A DNA stretch of 64,000 nt from Verrucomicrobiota bacterium (lineage in GTDB: Bacteria > Verrucomicrobiota > Verrucomicrobiia > Limisphaerales > AAA164-E04). Positions 61,358 through 64,000 of this stretch are shown here, in pieces. The stretch is taken from assembly GCA_047947115.1 (NCBI GenBank), contig CP170459.1:3872001-3936000 (forward strand). The letters run 5' to 3'. Under the pieces are notes generated by a model that saw nothing but the letters and a program-made list of their open reading frames with translations, was not told the origin of the DNA and ran no database searches. The position numbers and the translations under genes are program-made. How positions within the stretch are numbered: position 1 is the stretch's first letter; each line of letters starts with the position of its first letter.

Positions 61358-62794
61358 ATGACAAGTATGATGAAAAACATGTTTAAACGGGGTATCAGTT
61401 TATTGTTGATCGCGCAAATGGGCTGGGTCTCTTTCGCGCAAACGCTGACTGTATCCATCAAGGATTTGGGTAATCAAAACATCCGCCTGGAATGGCCTGA
61501 TATGGGCGATGGTTTTGAATACACGGTGGAATTTTCGGATGCATTGAATCCGGGGGACTGGAAACCCCTGCCCCATGGTGACGGTTGGCCGGATCGTATT
61601 CTTGGTTTGACCGATCATCTGAGTGATGGCCTGTCACAGCGGTTTTACCGGATCATCGCCACGCCCCCAATGTCTGAGGGGAATCGCGGCCGTTTGATTT
61701 CATCCGAATCCATCGCCACCGTCAGCGCGCTACAATTGAACTTCGTTCTCGCCATTGCCGGCATCGAAACCATTCAAGCAAAGCAGAGCGCACGCGTCTT
61801 CAAAGTGGTTTATGAAACCTTTGATGCTCAGGGAAACTCGGTGCAGGCATCCGGTCAGGTGTCTTTTCCTGCCGATGCAGGAAATCCTGTCCCCATGGTC
61901 AGTTACCAGCACGGCACGGTGGTCGATCGCGACGATGTGCCGTCTCGATACGCGTTGACCCGATTGGAATCGATCGTACCGGTCATCATGGCATCCAATG
62001 GCTATCTTGGTGTCGCTCCGGATTATCTTGGATTGGGTGACTCTTCCGGTTTTCATCCATATATCATCGCCAAACCATCCGCCACCTGCGTGGTTGATCT
62101 GATCCGGGCGGCCAAAGCTCTTGCAGAACAGGAATCATATACGCTGAATGACCAACTCTTTCTTTTTGGTTACTCAGAAGGAGGGTATGTCACCATGGCA
62201 GCGCACCAGGAGTTGGAGGCACTTCACGCCGAGGAATTGCCAGTCACTGCTTCGATTCCCATGGCGGGGCCTTACGATGTATCGGGTGTGCTGGTCGATA
62301 CAATGTTGAGCGATCAACCGTATTCCAACCCGTTTTATCTGATGTATGTCATTCTGGCTTATCATGAGGTATATAACCTTTTTGACGATCCTGCTGAAAT
62401 CTTTTCGGCAACCTATGCGACTCGTGTGCGGGAGTACCTTAAAGGAAGCATGACGCTGGATGAGTTGCAGAACCAAATGCCAAAAGTTCCAAAAGCCATG
62501 CTGAATACGGAATTTGTGGAGGCGTTCTCGACCGATACGAATCATCCCTTCCGGGAATTGCTGCGCCAGAATGACCTGATACAATGGGCTCCGCAGGCAC
62601 CGATGCGGCTGATTCATTGTGGTGGGGATTTAACCGTGCCCTTTGAAAATTCCCAACTGGCATACGATCATTTTACAAAATCGGGCAAGACCAACATCGA
62701 ACTGATTGATCCGTTTGCACTGGCGGACCACTCACAATGCATTCTTCCGGCATTGCAAATCGCCAAATCCTGGATGGACGAATTGAAAGAATGA
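61358..62794 (+). CDS. Secretory lipase-family hydrolase with N-terminal FYR-like module
   Basis: SYQHGT, APDYLGLG, GYSEGG, D.TVP, DH. N-terminal ...FSDAL...W...RFYRI. Confidence 0.85.
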   Translation: MTSMMKNMFKRGISLLLIAQMGWVSFAQTLTVSIKDLGNQNIRLEWPDMGDGFEYTVEFSDALNPGDWKPLPHGDGWPDRILGLTDHLSDGLSQRFYRIIATPPMSEGNRGRLISSESIATVSALQLNFVLAIAGIETIQAKQSARVFKVVYETFDAQGNSVQASGQVSFPADAGNPVPMVSYQHGTVVDRDDVPSRYALTRLESIVPVIMASNGYLGVAPDYLGLGDSSGFHPYIIAKPSATCVVDLIRAAKALAEQESYTLNDQLFLFGYSEGGYVTMAAHQELEALHAEELPVTASIPMAGPYDVSGVLVDTMLSDQPYSNPFYLMYVILAYHEVYNLFDDPAEIFSATYATRVREYLKGSMTLDELQNQMPKVPKAMLNTEFVEAFSTDTNHPFRELLRQNDLIQWAPQAPMRLIHCGGDLTVPFENSQLAYDHFTKSGKTNIELIDPFALADHSQCILPALQIAKSWMDELKE

Positions 62795-62878
62795 AATGAT
62801 GCTGGGAGACAAAAAGCCAACAACACATCGTCTGGGCAGAATCCCCGGCCGATGTGGGTACGTGATGTGGTGAGGCGA

Positions 62879-63169
62879 CTATTCGTCGATGCCACCTTCT
62901 TCAGGAGGCATTTCCAGATATGTTTCACACATGTTCTGAAGCACTTGTGTGAAATCTTCAAGGCCAGTAGCCGGAAGGATGATGGTGTCACGTCGACCTC
63001 CGACATCCTCAGTGATGCGCAAAAAACGACCTCTAGGATTCTCCTTGAGGGTGAAAATAAATGTCTTGCGCTCGACCTGGATTTTCTCGGTCCGTAGAGT
63101 GTCTTCGTCTACACGAGGCTTGCCACCGTAGGATGGGTTATCGTTAGAGCTCATGATTTTTTCTCCCAA
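62879..63169 (-). CDS. PUR-family (DUF3276-like) ssDNA/RNA-binding protein
   Basis: ERKTFIFTLKENPRGRFLRITE...RDTIILP matches a single PUR repeat. Confidence 0.85.
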   Translation of the reverse strand: MGEKIMSSNDNPSYGGKPRVDEDTLRTEKIQVERKTFIFTLKENPRGRFLRITEDVGGRRDTIILPATGLEDFTQVLQNMCETYLEMPPEEGGIDE

Positions 63170-63227
63170 TTATCCCGGTAAACCTGTTTGATGGGATGGG
63201 CTACTCTCATTGATGCTCAAAATTTTG

Positions 63228-63758
63228 TCAACCGCGAAATTGGTACATCCCGAGCTCCCTGTAACTGGAATGGCGTTGGGTGACAGACATCAGGTGCGAA
63301 AATGAGCCGATCACCACAAACAAATGCACAAAATGAAATCCCGTTTTCCACATCCGATAGGCCCGAGCCCCTTCTTGAAGGTCTTGTTGAGTGGCAGAAG
63401 GTCGATAGGCTCTGAGGTGTTGTTGTGTCATGGACGGAAAGATCACCCACTTGATCACCATGTTGACAACCACCAGAGTCAGCAATACGCCCATCTTCAG
63501 TTGGAAAACCGGACGTCCGGCATACCATTGCTCGGCCCAATGTTGGCCCATTGCGACCAAAGAGCAAATGGTTAACAAGGTAAGGTAACTGCCCAACAGA
63601 ACGTGCATGGAAGCTTCCGAAAATGGGTGAGGTACCAGACGCATCAATTCTTCGGACTGAAACACACCCCGAATACAAACCAGAAAAAACAGAGAAGCCC
63701 CAAACCACAAGGCGGCATTTGCGATTCCAATGATGCGCAAAAAGGGTAACACACCCAC
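63228..63758 (-). CDS. DUF4149-like membrane protein
   Basis: Four hydrophobic helices with ALWFG and VIFPSM motifs. Confidence 0.65.
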   Translation of the reverse strand: MGVLPFLRIIGIANAALWFGASLFFLVCIRGVFQSEELMRLVPHPFSEASMHVLLGSYLTLLTICSLVAMGQHWAEQWYAGRPVFQLKMGVLLTLVVVNMVIKWVIFPSMTQQHLRAYRPSATQQDLQEGARAYRMWKTGFHFVHLFVVIGSFSHLMSVTQRHSSYRELGMYQFRG

Positions 63759-64000
63759 ATTCTAAGTAGCCTTGTCTGCGAACTCAAGAACCGTTTTTCA
63801 CTTATCGAGGGGTGAATTTGATCGTGTTTCAGCAGCGAATTCCAGTAGATGCGCCTTACGAGAGCAACAAGCTATTGATCTCCTCATGGTCTGCTCCAAA
63901 AGCTTTGCAGAATGGAGCCAAATGCTTATCGTTTCATGAGCCGGGAATCATCACGCGTCTCCACATTTAAAACATCACCATTGCAGTAAGGACTCAGATA

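Noticed and set aside
63926..64000. 3' end of a minus-strand gene at the window edge (YLSPYCNGDVLNVETRDDSRLMKR*)
   Set aside because: Too short to support a call.

Overview
Bacterial window, most likely from a (probably marine) Verrucomicrobiota genome. This is an inference from the DUF1592/DUF1552 pair, the PVC-type heme-binding protein and the surface-protein architectures. The first ~31.8 kb is an accessory, IS-scarred region. It holds large secreted modular proteins, a photolyase/cryptochrome light-stress cluster with a hidden frameshifted TIGR03643 gene, and a decaying array of BspA-type LRR genes. It also has four near-full-length IS elements: IS1380, IS1182-like and an ISAs1 with a DUF4338/Mom-like N-terminal domain (all three with readable target duplications), plus a nonsense-inactivated IS3. 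Orphan IS21 and IS3 ends, a terminase-small-subunit-like HTH gene and a 66-bp 3' fragment of tRNA-Ser(GCT) at 22038-22103 are also present; the fragment looks like the right att site of an island extending beyond the left edge. From ~31.9 kb the window is ordinary chromosome: yggT-like, metG, D-Ala-D-Ala dipeptidase, SRAP, degQ with an OmpR-type two-component system, zntB, moxR-DUF58-batABCD, a PVC heme protein, a lipase and a PUR protein. The most interesting cross-cutting signal is a shared ~60-75 aa 'S-x-D-L..W...F-Y-R' module in six otherwise unrelated exported proteins, five C-terminal and one N-terminal. It is a candidate protein sorting or anchoring signal. No CRISPR, rRNA or intact tRNA was found. 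All family calls come from motif recognition, not database searches.
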